Positions 41,165-49,496 of a stretch of 64,000 bases of DNA are shown one piece after another. Both the position numbers and the translations under genes were made by a program. The DNA is from Bacillota bacterium (GTDB lineage Bacteria; Bacillota; Dethiobacteria; DTU022; UBA8154). The notes beneath the pieces are model-generated. The model was not told the DNA's origin, made no database searches, and saw nothing but the letters and a program-made list of their open reading frames with translations. Within the stretch, counting starts at the first letter, position 1, and every line of letters starts with the position of its first letter. The stretch is from NCBI GenBank assembly GCA_012728375.1, contig JAAYFF010000003.1, positions 5,427-69,426 on the forward strand, read 5' to 3'.

Positions 41165-41470
41165 ATAAAAATGCCCTTCGCCTTGAAAAGGGCGAGGGGC
41201 AAATATGCCTTCGCGGTGCCACCTTAACTTACCGGGCCTGTAGGCCGGTATCTCTTTGAACAGGTACGGAAACCCTGCCGCTTCTGCCGGCAAAGTATCG
41301 ATACCCCGAGCTCTATTAACGGTGCTCTATCCGTCAGGAGCTACTTGACCAGCCGTTCGCCCTTGCATCTTCCAGGTCCATTCACCGCCTGCGCTAGGAC
41401 CGGGTTCCCACCTTTCCCGGTTCTCTGGGCCTCCGCTTTGCCGGCTACTCTTCCCGTGCATCGATTTTAA
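41165..41470 (-). promoter_or_regulatory. T-box riboswitch, Trp specifier
   Basis: AGTA and AGAGA stem I motifs, GAA-TGG specifier (41380-41378), T-box AAGGTGGCACCGCG (41225-41212), terminator GCCCCTCGCCC-TTTTCAA-GGCGAAGGGC plus U tract. Confidence 0.93.
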
Positions 41471-41548
41471 TAATATTAATTTTCTTTATATCTTAGATTT
41501 ATATCTTAAATTTCTGTTTTTGTCAATTCATTTTTAGACCTAGATAAT

Positions 41549-41625
41549 AAAAAAGCGGAGAAACACTTTGCCGAAGATCCTCTCTTCATTCTCTATACCT
41601 CCGGGCAAAAAGGTGCATTCTCCGC
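41549..41625 (-). terminator. acsA terminator-like hairpin with an unusual 31-nt loop
   Basis: GCGGAGAA/TTCTCCGC, CAC/GTG and TTTGCC/GGCAAA pairing, U tract on the minus strand; loop encodes AEDPLFILYTSG on +. Confidence 0.7.
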
Positions 41626-41695
41626 GTAAATAACATAATCAATTATTTTGCTCTTGTTGAATTATTATCGAATTATAATCAGATTATTTTCCTTT

Positions 41696-43417
41696 TTAAT
41701 CATCTTCAAGGGTAGACAAATCGCCGACCGGCAGACCCATTTCCTGTGCTTTGAGAACCCGGCGCATAATCTTGCCGCTGCGGGTTTTCGGCAGCTTGTC
41801 CACGACTTCGATTTCTCTTGGTGCGGCGTGAGCAGCCAAACCTAATTTAACAAATTGCTTTAGTTCTTTGTCGAGCTCTTCGCTCCAGGTGTAACCAGGG
41901 GCCAATGTGATGAAGGCCTTAATAATATTGCCGCGGACTTCGTCCGGTTTGCCGATAACGCCGGCCTCGGCTACGGCCGGGTGTTCGACCAGCTTGCTTT
42001 CAACTTCAAAGGGGCCAACCCTTTCCCCGGCGGTTTTAATCACGTCGTCGTTACGTCCCTGGAACCAAATATATCCGTCTTCGTCCATAAAGGCCTGGTC
42101 ACCGGAAACATACCAGGGGTCGTTTTTGAAATACTCGTTGTATTTCTCGGGATTTCTCCATATTTCTTTCATCATTCCCGGCCAGCCTTTTTTCAAAGAG
42201 AGGTTGCCCATTTGCATCGGCGGCAGGACATTCCCGTCGTCATCGGTAATGGCTGCTTCCACGCCGGGAATCGGTTTGCACATGGAGCCCACACGGATCG
42301 GTTCGCAGGGGTAGCAGCAAACCATATTGACACCGGTTTCCGTCATGAACCAGGTTTCGTGAATGCGCACATTGAAAACGCGCATGGCCCACATGATCAC
42401 TTCCGGGTTTAAGGGTTCGCCGACGCTGGTAATGTGTCTTAATTTTGACAAGTTATATTTTTTCACAACGTCGTCCCCGGCAGCTGCCAGCATTCTAAAT
42501 GCGGTGGGCGCGCTGTACCATACGGTTACGCCGTATTTTTCCAAAGTGGAATACCAGTCTTCAACGCTGAAACGGCCGCCTCTGACTATGGTAGCTTTTC
42601 CGACCAGCCAGGGGCCCCATACGGAATAGGAAACGCCGGTGATCCAGCCCGGGTCAGCAGTGCACCAGAAAACGTCGTCATCCTGCACATCGTGAGCAAT
42701 TCTCATGGTAAAGTATTGACCCACCATGATGTTGTGGGTATGGAGTACCCCTTTGGGTTTCCCGGTGGAACCGGAGGTGTATAGCAGGAACATGGGATCG
42801 TCCCTGGTCAGCCATACCGGCGTAAAATCAGCTGAAGCTTTGGCCATTTCCTTTTCGTAGGAAAGTTCGCCGGGTTCCAGACTGTTTTCATCCGCGCCGA
42901 TGACGATGACGTGTTTCAAGTGGGGCAGTTCATCCTTTTTAATGCGGCTTTTTTGGCCGACGGTGGTGACAATGGCAACAGCTTCGCTGTCCAGCATCCG
43001 GTCTTTGACTGCTTCTTCCATAAACGCTTCAAAAAGGGGACCGGCAATAGCGCCCATTTTTACGATTCCGGCAAAAGAGATAAGCATTTCCGGGCTTCTT
43101 GGGATAAATAGAAATACCCGATCGCCTTTTTTGATTCCCAGATTGGTCAGGACATTAGCGAATTTATTGCTCTGCTCTTTGAGTTCGGCAAAAGTAACTT
43201 TTACATCTTTTTCGCTGTCACTATAAAGTATTGCAGGCTCGTCGCCCTTACCCCTTTCAACCCAGCGGTCGATGGCCTCGTAGGCAATGTTTACTTTGCC
43301 GGTAGTATACCAGCTAAATTCTTTTTCAACGTCTTCCCAGGAAAAGTTCTTGCGGAATTCTTCATAGTTTTCCATGTTGTGTTTACCTGGTGACGGCGGC
43401 AGTACTTCATATTTCAT
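41696..43417 (-). CDS. acsA: Acetate--CoA ligase (Bacillus AcsA type)
   Basis: YTSGSTGKPKG, WCTADPGW, SVGEPLNP, LPKTRSGKIMRR with the acetylatable Lys. Confidence 0.93.
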   Translation of the reverse strand: MKYEVLPPSPGKHNMENYEEFRKNFSWEDVEKEFSWYTTGKVNIAYEAIDRWVERGKGDEPAILYSDSEKDVKVTFAELKEQSNKFANVLTNLGIKKGDRVFLFIPRSPEMLISFAGIVKMGAIAGPLFEAFMEEAVKDRMLDSEAVAIVTTVGQKSRIKKDELPHLKHVIVIGADENSLEPGELSYEKEMAKASADFTPVWLTRDDPMFLLYTSGSTGKPKGVLHTHNIMVGQYFTMRIAHDVQDDDVFWCTADPGWITGVSYSVWGPWLVGKATIVRGGRFSVEDWYSTLEKYGVTVWYSAPTAFRMLAAAGDDVVKKYNLSKLRHITSVGEPLNPEVIMWAMRVFNVRIHETWFMTETGVNMVCCYPCEPIRVGSMCKPIPGVEAAITDDDGNVLPPMQMGNLSLKKGWPGMMKEIWRNPEKYNEYFKNDPWYVSGDQAFMDEDGYIWFQGRNDDVIKTAGERVGPFEVESKLVEHPAVAEAGVIGKPDEVRGNIIKAFITLAPGYTWSEELDKELKQFVKLGLAAHAAPREIEVVDKLPKTRSGKIMRRVLKAQEMGLPVGDLSTLEDD

Positions 43418-43514
43418 TAATTTCCCCTCCGTATATTAAAATGTTATATTGTTATGAGGCCGTAAAAACTCACCTCCTGGCGGCCTTAAATTTCTTTCTG
43501 CAATGGTTGCTGCT

Positions 43515-44129
43515 TTAATCCAGCTGTTCTCTGGCCCGGGGCCGGAAAGGGATCGGCTCGGCAATGGTATTTACCAGGTTTTTAGCCATTTCCCGGAAGA
43601 TATTCTCCATCATTTTAAGAGAATAAGCCTGATCAAGACGGTAGGGATGATAAAGAACAGTAATCCCCGATTTGCTTACCACAGGATTTAAAGAGAAAAA
43701 ATTAAGATCTATCGGGAGGCAACCCTGTTTGAGAAAAAATGCTTTTCTTTTTTGGTAATTATCTTTTTCGCGGCCCACTTCGAGTATATGGCCGCTGCAC
43801 TTCGGGTAAAGTTCCTTTAAAAAATCGACCGTATGGCAATATAACTGGGAGCCGATACCCCGGTTGCGGTAGTCTTCCAGCATAACCAATGCTTCAATGA
43901 ATCCCACTTGATTCTTGGGGAAATGGTAGAATATGGAAAAACCTACCAGCTCTCCCAGGCAGTCAGCATAAATAATGTGGGCTTTAGCCTGTTCAGGTTT
44001 GTTGGATTGCAGTTTGCTGACCAGGGAATTTATCTCCTTGATGGAATAGTGAAAGGTCTCTATGCAATATTCAATAACGGTCTTGAAGTAAAAGGAATTA
44101 AGGTTACGCAATTCAAGGAACCTGAACAT
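43515..44129 (-). CDS. GNAT family N-acetyltransferase
   Basis: IEALVMLEDYRNRGIGSQL acetyl-CoA motif A; probable ATG 44129. Confidence 0.8.
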   Translation of the reverse strand: MFRFLELRNLNSFYFKTVIEYCIETFHYSIKEINSLVSKLQSNKPEQAKAHIIYADCLGELVGFSIFYHFPKNQVGFIEALVMLEDYRNRGIGSQLYCHTVDFLKELYPKCSGHILEVGREKDNYQKRKAFFLKQGCLPIDLNFFSLNPVVSKSGITVLYHPYRLDQAYSLKMMENIFREMAKNLVNTIAEPIPFRPRAREQLD

Positions 44130-44169
44130 ATTCCTTCCCTCATCTCCCACAGATCCTATATACTAAACC

Positions 44170-44185
44170 TGCAATTTGCGTGCCA
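44170..44185 (-). promoter_or_regulatory. Sigma54 (-24/-12) promoter for GNAT-acsA
   Basis: TGGCAC-GCAAA-TTGCA consensus about 40 bp before the GNAT start. Confidence 0.88.
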
Positions 44186-44268
44186 TCGTTGCCTGTAAAG
44201 TTAAAAGCCCCGTATTTGGGGCATCTTTGCGTCAAATGGCCGGTCATTTTGTCTGCAATGTGAAAAAA

Positions 44269-44293
44269 ATTGCCTGCAAAAAATGCAGGCAAT
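44269..44293. promoter_or_regulatory. Candidate upstream activator site for the sigma54 activator
   Basis: Perfect inverted repeat ATTGCCTGCA-N5-TGCAGGCAAT about 85-110 bp upstream of the -24 box. Confidence 0.55.
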
Positions 44294-44355
44294 AAGAATA
44301 AAATGACCGAATATGAAATATTTACATATGAATATATTTCAAATAAATTGTTACT

Positions 44356-46110
44356 TCAGGCCAATCCGTGTTTTTCCAGTTTGTAATATAGGCTTCTGAC
44401 AGCAATACCGAGCAGGCGTGCTGCCTTTGTTTTATTGCCCTTTGTCTGTTGCAGCGTTTCCATCAAGATGTTTTTTTCGGTGAGATCCAGTATCTTGCTG
44501 AGGCTTCCTGCGGGGTTGTCTTCTAGGGCCGGCTTGGCAAGATAGTTTTCTGCATTTATTCCGGTTTTTTTTCTTTGTTCGGTAAGGTTTTCCGGCAAAT
44601 GCCGGGGCAAAATTATTTCTTCATTTTTATCCATTTGAATCATCGCCCGGCCCAGAACATTTTCTAATTCCCTCACATTGCCCGGCCAATCATAATTCAT
44701 CAGCAATCTAAAAACAGCAGGGGAAATTTTAATTACTTTCCGTTTATACTCCTGCTGCAGTTTTTTACAGAGAAAAGCGGAAAGTAAAGGGATGTCATCT
44801 TTGCGGACCCGAAGCGGCGGCACGAAAATGGGGACAACATTGAGGCGATAATACAAATCTTCACGAAAGGTGCCTTCACTGATGCGCTGTTCCAGATTGG
44901 CGTTAGTTGCGGCGATTACCCGTACGTTTACAGGTATTGGCCGGGTACCCCCGACCCGGATAATCTCTTTTTCCTGCAATACTCTGAGGAGTTTCGCCTG
45001 CAAAGCAAGGTTAATGTCGCCAATCTCGTCAAGAAATATAGTGCCCCCGTTGGCTTCCTCAAAGTACCCCTTTTTGCCGCCCCGGACAGCCCCGGTAAAA
45101 GCTCCTTCTTCGTAGCCAAACAACTCGCTTTCCAGCAAGGACTCTACAATAGCCACGCAATTTACCCTGATAAAAGGTCCCTTGCTCCTACCGCTGGCAT
45201 TATGGATGGCATGGGCGAATAATTCTTTTCCGGTACCGCTTTCCCCGCGAAGAAGTACGGTAGCGGGTGTGTCGGAGGCGTGCTGTGCCTGCGCGATGGC
45301 TGCCTGCAAAGGTTCACTTTCGCCGATTATGTCGTCAAAGGTATATTTGGCCTGCAAATGCCTGATTAGCTTTCTGGCGTTGGCCAGTTCCTCAGACAAC
45401 TGTATAATTTCCGTAATGTCATGGATAACCCCGACACTGCCGCGTAGTTTGCCGTCCACGATGACAGGGGCCACATTGACCACGACTTCTTTTTTTGCAG
45501 GGCCCATCTTCAGCCGGACCCCGCGCACCTGTTGTCTGGTTTTAAGCACTTTTAAATGCATGCTTTCTCCTTCTGTTACAGCTACGGAGGCAGGTTTGTG
45601 CAAAACATCCTCTTCCGTGAGACCGGTAATTTTTGTGTACGCCGGATTAATTAAAATCCCGTTTCCTTCTTCATTGACCACTGTGATGGCATCGTCTGTG
45701 GCGTGAAGAATGGCTTCCAGCAGTGACCTTGTTTCTCTTAGTTCAGCTACCTGTTGTTCAAGATTTTTTATCCCGGTGATATCGCACATGATTGCCGCGG
45801 CGCCGGTGATTTTACCCGGTTGGTTTTTCAGCGGAATGCAGCCGGCGACAACGGTGAAATCGCCGATCTGTAATTGTTTGTTGAATTCAGGAACACCTGT
45901 TTGCATTACGGTCTGCAACATTTGTTTCAGGGCAGGTACAGGGAAAGTCTCCGGCAGTGAAGTGCCAATCACGTCGGCTCCTTTTATACCGGTGATTTTT
46001 TCCGCTGCATGATTGAATATGGTTACTTCACTTTTTTCATTTATTGTGATTACGGCATCGCTTGAAATTTGAAGTATGGCATGGTAGCTGTCATGATTTA
46101 TTTTTTCCAA
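44356..46110 (-). CDS. PAS-PAS sigma54-dependent Fis family activator
   Basis: GESGTGKELFA, GAFTGA, FLDEI, RVIAATN, WPGNVRELEN, C-terminal HTH. Confidence 0.95.
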   Translation of the reverse strand: MEKINHDSYHAILQISSDAVITINEKSEVTIFNHAAEKITGIKGADVIGTSLPETFPVPALKQMLQTVMQTGVPEFNKQLQIGDFTVVAGCIPLKNQPGKITGAAAIMCDITGIKNLEQQVAELRETRSLLEAILHATDDAITVVNEEGNGILINPAYTKITGLTEEDVLHKPASVAVTEGESMHLKVLKTRQQVRGVRLKMGPAKKEVVVNVAPVIVDGKLRGSVGVIHDITEIIQLSEELANARKLIRHLQAKYTFDDIIGESEPLQAAIAQAQHASDTPATVLLRGESGTGKELFAHAIHNASGRSKGPFIRVNCVAIVESLLESELFGYEEGAFTGAVRGGKKGYFEEANGGTIFLDEIGDINLALQAKLLRVLQEKEIIRVGGTRPIPVNVRVIAATNANLEQRISEGTFREDLYYRLNVVPIFVPPLRVRKDDIPLLSAFLCKKLQQEYKRKVIKISPAVFRLLMNYDWPGNVRELENVLGRAMIQMDKNEEIILPRHLPENLTEQRKKTGINAENYLAKPALEDNPAGSLSKILDLTEKNILMETLQQTKGNKTKAARLLGIAVRSLYYKLEKHGLA

Positions 46111-46302
46111 CGGGTATTCACCTCACCAGATCTATTCGAGGTATATATGAAAGGTCCTGCATGCTTTTTTACTAAAAATGAAATAACTTGCAGAAGGTAC
46201 AGTTGATCGTTTTCGCATAATAGGGATCTTGCCGGGGAAATCTAAGAGAGCGGGTTTGTTTAGAGCATATTGATGCTTGGATTTTTTGATAAGGGGTATT
46301 AA

Positions 46303-48231
46303 ATGAAAAATATTTATGTTATATTTGCTTTTTACGTCCATGAGCTGCTGTGGGAGCTGCCGCGCACCATGCTTTCCTACCTGGAGGATGACAATCCCAT
46401 GAGACATTCAGCGCTGGAGGAGAACCATATTAAAAAAAGGAAAGAGAAAGACCTTTATGCTCTTTGTATCCAGTTCGGTGAAAACTTCGGCGTTCCTTTA
46501 TGCATAGGGTTCTCTAATGAACTGCTCTTTCAGATCAGGGAAGTACTGCCGACTGCTTTCCAGCAGATAAGCGAGGCATATGCCGGAGGGCGACTTTATC
46601 CTCTGTACGGCTTTGCACATCATACTCATGTTGCGTTACTGCGCACGGAGGAAATCACTCAGGAGATTCAGTGGAATATGCACTTTCTGCATAATTACAT
46701 GAATGTCCCCTATCCCAAATATAACGGCTTGTTTTCCCCTGAAGCATCTTATATCTCTGCCAAGATGCCGGGTATCTCCCGGGCAAACATTGACTATGTT
46801 ATTTTCCCTCATTTAAGCGAAGATAAAATGCCCTTTCATATTAAAGGAAAGGGCGACTTCCAATATAAACCTTTTCTGCTCAGAACCGAGCATCATAATA
46901 TCCTTGCTTTTCCGCGGAATTTTCCCGCCTCCCAGGAAATATGGCGTCCTATTACGAAGATGAAACGTGATGAGGTAAAATTTCAGGGATACATGCTCGG
47001 TAAATATCCGGTTTTTCAAAATGAATATATGTATAACACTACCGAGGAGTATCCCATCGATATAAAGGAAGGGGTACAGCTTTATAAGGAAGTGTTGCTG
47101 CGGGAGCTGGAAAAAGCCCCCAATAACGGTGTTATCGTGTATATTCAGGACCTGGAACTGATGGATTTCGGAGATATCGCCCTGGAAATCATGGATAAGG
47201 CCTGGAGGGAGATTCTGGAGGAACAAAGGGAAGAATACATTTTTCAGTTTGTTACGCCGGATCAATACATTGACCTGGTTCTTAAGCCCGAAGGCTTGGA
47301 AGATCTTCCTGAGCTGGAGTTTGATCAGGCGACCTGGGCGCCGGAGATTCGGCTGGTGCTGAGGGCTGACGGTCATTATCCGCCCCTTGGCGTGAATAAC
47401 GACCGTTACAGTATAGAAAAAACGGGGCTTTATGAACATCCCTTGATCTTTTGGGAAAACGGCAAGTACTTTTGCGGCATCTTCGATACCCTTGTGGACA
47501 ATTTTAATATTTCCCTCCACGTCTCCGGACACGGGGAGCGTTTCAACGACATAAAATACAACCTGGGACGGGAAAATCTTGATATACAGGCCATTATCTG
47601 CCTCAGGCTGATGAAAAGGGCATGCAATTGGGGCTGGAGGCCTACGGAAGGCCGGCAAAAGCTTTCCTGCCTGAAGGGTTTTCTTTTATGTTCCGTTCTG
47701 CTCAAGCGGCTGAAGGATTACCCTTGGGAAATAGTTTTTAAGCGCCGCCTGAAGCGTCTTGAAGAAAGAAATCTGGTCGGCCTGGTGGAACTGCTGGATG
47801 TTTTTATCGATCAGCGCGTTAATTACCTGAAGTACGGTCTCGAAAAACTTGCCGCTGTTACATCGATTGATCAGGATGGCATTTTAAGGGAAACGGAAAA
47901 TGTTTTCAAATGGAAAGATGTAGCCGTACAGCGGGCAGTGGAGCTTTTTGAAGTGAACCGGTCAACTGAAGAGGAGAGGCAGCGTATGAAAAAGAGTATT
48001 GAACTGATGCGCGACTACTGCCAGGCGGTTTTTATGTCTACGGAGCATCTCCGGCGTATTTGGGCCAAAGCCGGCAACAGCGAATTTATGGTGGAAAAAA
48101 TGTACGAATATCTTTATAATGTCTACCCTCCGTCCTTTCCCGGGACGATCAGCCGTATCGATGCCATGGGAGAAGAGGAGATCGAAAAGTACTTTGCCGG
48201 GCATAAAAAAGAAAGTCCGGTTGTTGTTTAA
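46303..48231 (+). CDS. Divergent glycoside hydrolase family 57-like protein
   Basis: N-terminal barrel with FAHHTHVALL, FSPE (nucleophile-like) and DLELMDFG (acid/base-like); helical C-terminus; adjacent to treT/treZ. Confidence 0.55.
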   Translation: MKNIYVIFAFYVHELLWELPRTMLSYLEDDNPMRHSALEENHIKKRKEKDLYALCIQFGENFGVPLCIGFSNELLFQIREVLPTAFQQISEAYAGGRLYPLYGFAHHTHVALLRTEEITQEIQWNMHFLHNYMNVPYPKYNGLFSPEASYISAKMPGISRANIDYVIFPHLSEDKMPFHIKGKGDFQYKPFLLRTEHHNILAFPRNFPASQEIWRPITKMKRDEVKFQGYMLGKYPVFQNEYMYNTTEEYPIDIKEGVQLYKEVLLRELEKAPNNGVIVYIQDLELMDFGDIALEIMDKAWREILEEQREEYIFQFVTPDQYIDLVLKPEGLEDLPELEFDQATWAPEIRLVLRADGHYPPLGVNNDRYSIEKTGLYEHPLIFWENGKYFCGIFDTLVDNFNISLHVSGHGERFNDIKYNLGRENLDIQAIICLRLMKRACNWGWRPTEGRQKLSCLKGFLLCSVLLKRLKDYPWEIVFKRRLKRLEERNLVGLVELLDVFIDQRVNYLKYGLEKLAAVTSIDQDGILRETENVFKWKDVAVQRAVELFEVNRSTEEERQRMKKSIELMRDYCQAVFMSTEHLRRIWAKAGNSEFMVEKMYEYLYNVYPPSFPGTISRIDAMGEEEIEKYFAGHKKESPVVV

Positions 48232-48254
48232 TCCGGTTATCAATGAGGGGAACT

Positions 48255-49496
48255 ATGGAACTTGTAAAAACGGAACAAAAAAAGTTTGCCGATTATCTGG
48301 AATTTCTTGATCCGGAGGATATTAACGAATTTAAAACAGTGCTGCAACAATTGCAAGGCAAAAAAGCAGCCATGGTCAGCGCCACAGGTTATGGGGGCGG
48401 AGTGGCGGAGAAACTCCATTCCCTTGTTCCTTTGCTGAATGATCTGGGGGTGAAAGTGGACTGGTGGGTGCTCAGCAGCTGCCCAAACCAGTTCTTCAAT
48501 ATCACCAAATCCTTTCATAATTGTCTGCAAGGGCAGGAAGGGTGTTTACTGCAGCGCGATATTGATATTTACCTTCATTATAATGAATTAAATGCCTTTC
48601 AAATGCAGGACTGGAATTATGATTTTATTGTCATCCATGATCCACAGCCTGCCGCACTGCTTCATTACAGGGGGAAAAAACCCGGCGAAAAATGGATCTG
48701 GCGCTGTCATATTGATACCTCCGCTCCCAACATGGATTACTGGAATTTTCTATACCGTTACATCTCTCTCTATGATGCCTGTATCTTTACATTAGAGGAT
48801 TACGTTAAAGAAAACCACAATCTGCAAAATATCACATTTATGACCCCCTCCATCGATCCGCTCAGCTTTAAAAACATACCCTTAACCCAGGAGCGGGCGC
48901 AGGAGATCGTTGCCAGCTTCGGCATTGATGTTAACAGGTATCTCATTACCCAGATTTCCCGCTTTGACCCCTGGAAGGACCCCCTTGGGGTGGTCGATGT
49001 TTACCGTATAGTTAAAAAAGAACTGCCGGAGGTTCAGCTTGCCCTCGTGGGTTCCATGGCCTCCGATGATCCAGAGGGCTGGGATTATCTTTACAGAACC
49101 CTGCGCAAGGCCGGTGAAGATTATGATATTAAAATTGTAACGAATTTCAACGGTATTACCGGATTGGAGGTCAATGCCTTTCAAACGGTTTCGGATGTGC
49201 TGCTGCAGAAATCTCTCAGAGAAGGATTTGGACTGACAGTGACGGAAGGACTTTGGAAAAGCAGGCCTGTAATCGGGGGCAATGTGGGAGGCATCAGACT
49301 GCAAATCGAAGACGGTGAAAACGGTTACCTGGTGAATACGGTGGAAGAATGTGCCGAAAAAGTGCTGCACTTGTTGCGCAATCCTTTGCTGGCCCAGGAG
49401 ATGAGCAAAAAGGGCAGGGAAAAAGTAAGAAAGGAATTCTTAGTAACTAAGAATGTGCTCCGGTATCTAAAACTTTTTTTAAAACTTGCTAAATGA
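48255..49496 (+). CDS. treT: TreT-like trehalose synthase (GT4 glycosyltransferase)
   Basis: GGGVAE, HDPQP, WRCHID, RFDPWKDPLG, EGFGLTVTEGLWK. Confidence 0.85.
   Translation: MELVKTEQKKFADYLEFLDPEDINEFKTVLQQLQGKKAAMVSATGYGGGVAEKLHSLVPLLNDLGVKVDWWVLSSCPNQFFNITKSFHNCLQGQEGCLLQRDIDIYLHYNELNAFQMQDWNYDFIVIHDPQPAALLHYRGKKPGEKWIWRCHIDTSAPNMDYWNFLYRYISLYDACIFTLEDYVKENHNLQNITFMTPSIDPLSFKNIPLTQERAQEIVASFGIDVNRYLITQISRFDPWKDPLGVVDVYRIVKKELPEVQLALVGSMASDDPEGWDYLYRTLRKAGEDYDIKIVTNFNGITGLEVNAFQTVSDVLLQKSLREGFGLTVTEGLWKSRPVIGGNVGGIRLQIEDGENGYLVNTVEECAEKVLHLLRNPLLAQEMSKKGREKVRKEFLVTKNVLRYLKLFLKLAK

Noticed and set aside
46813-47658. 281-aa - strand ORF
   Set aside because: Antisense shadow of the GH57-like gene.
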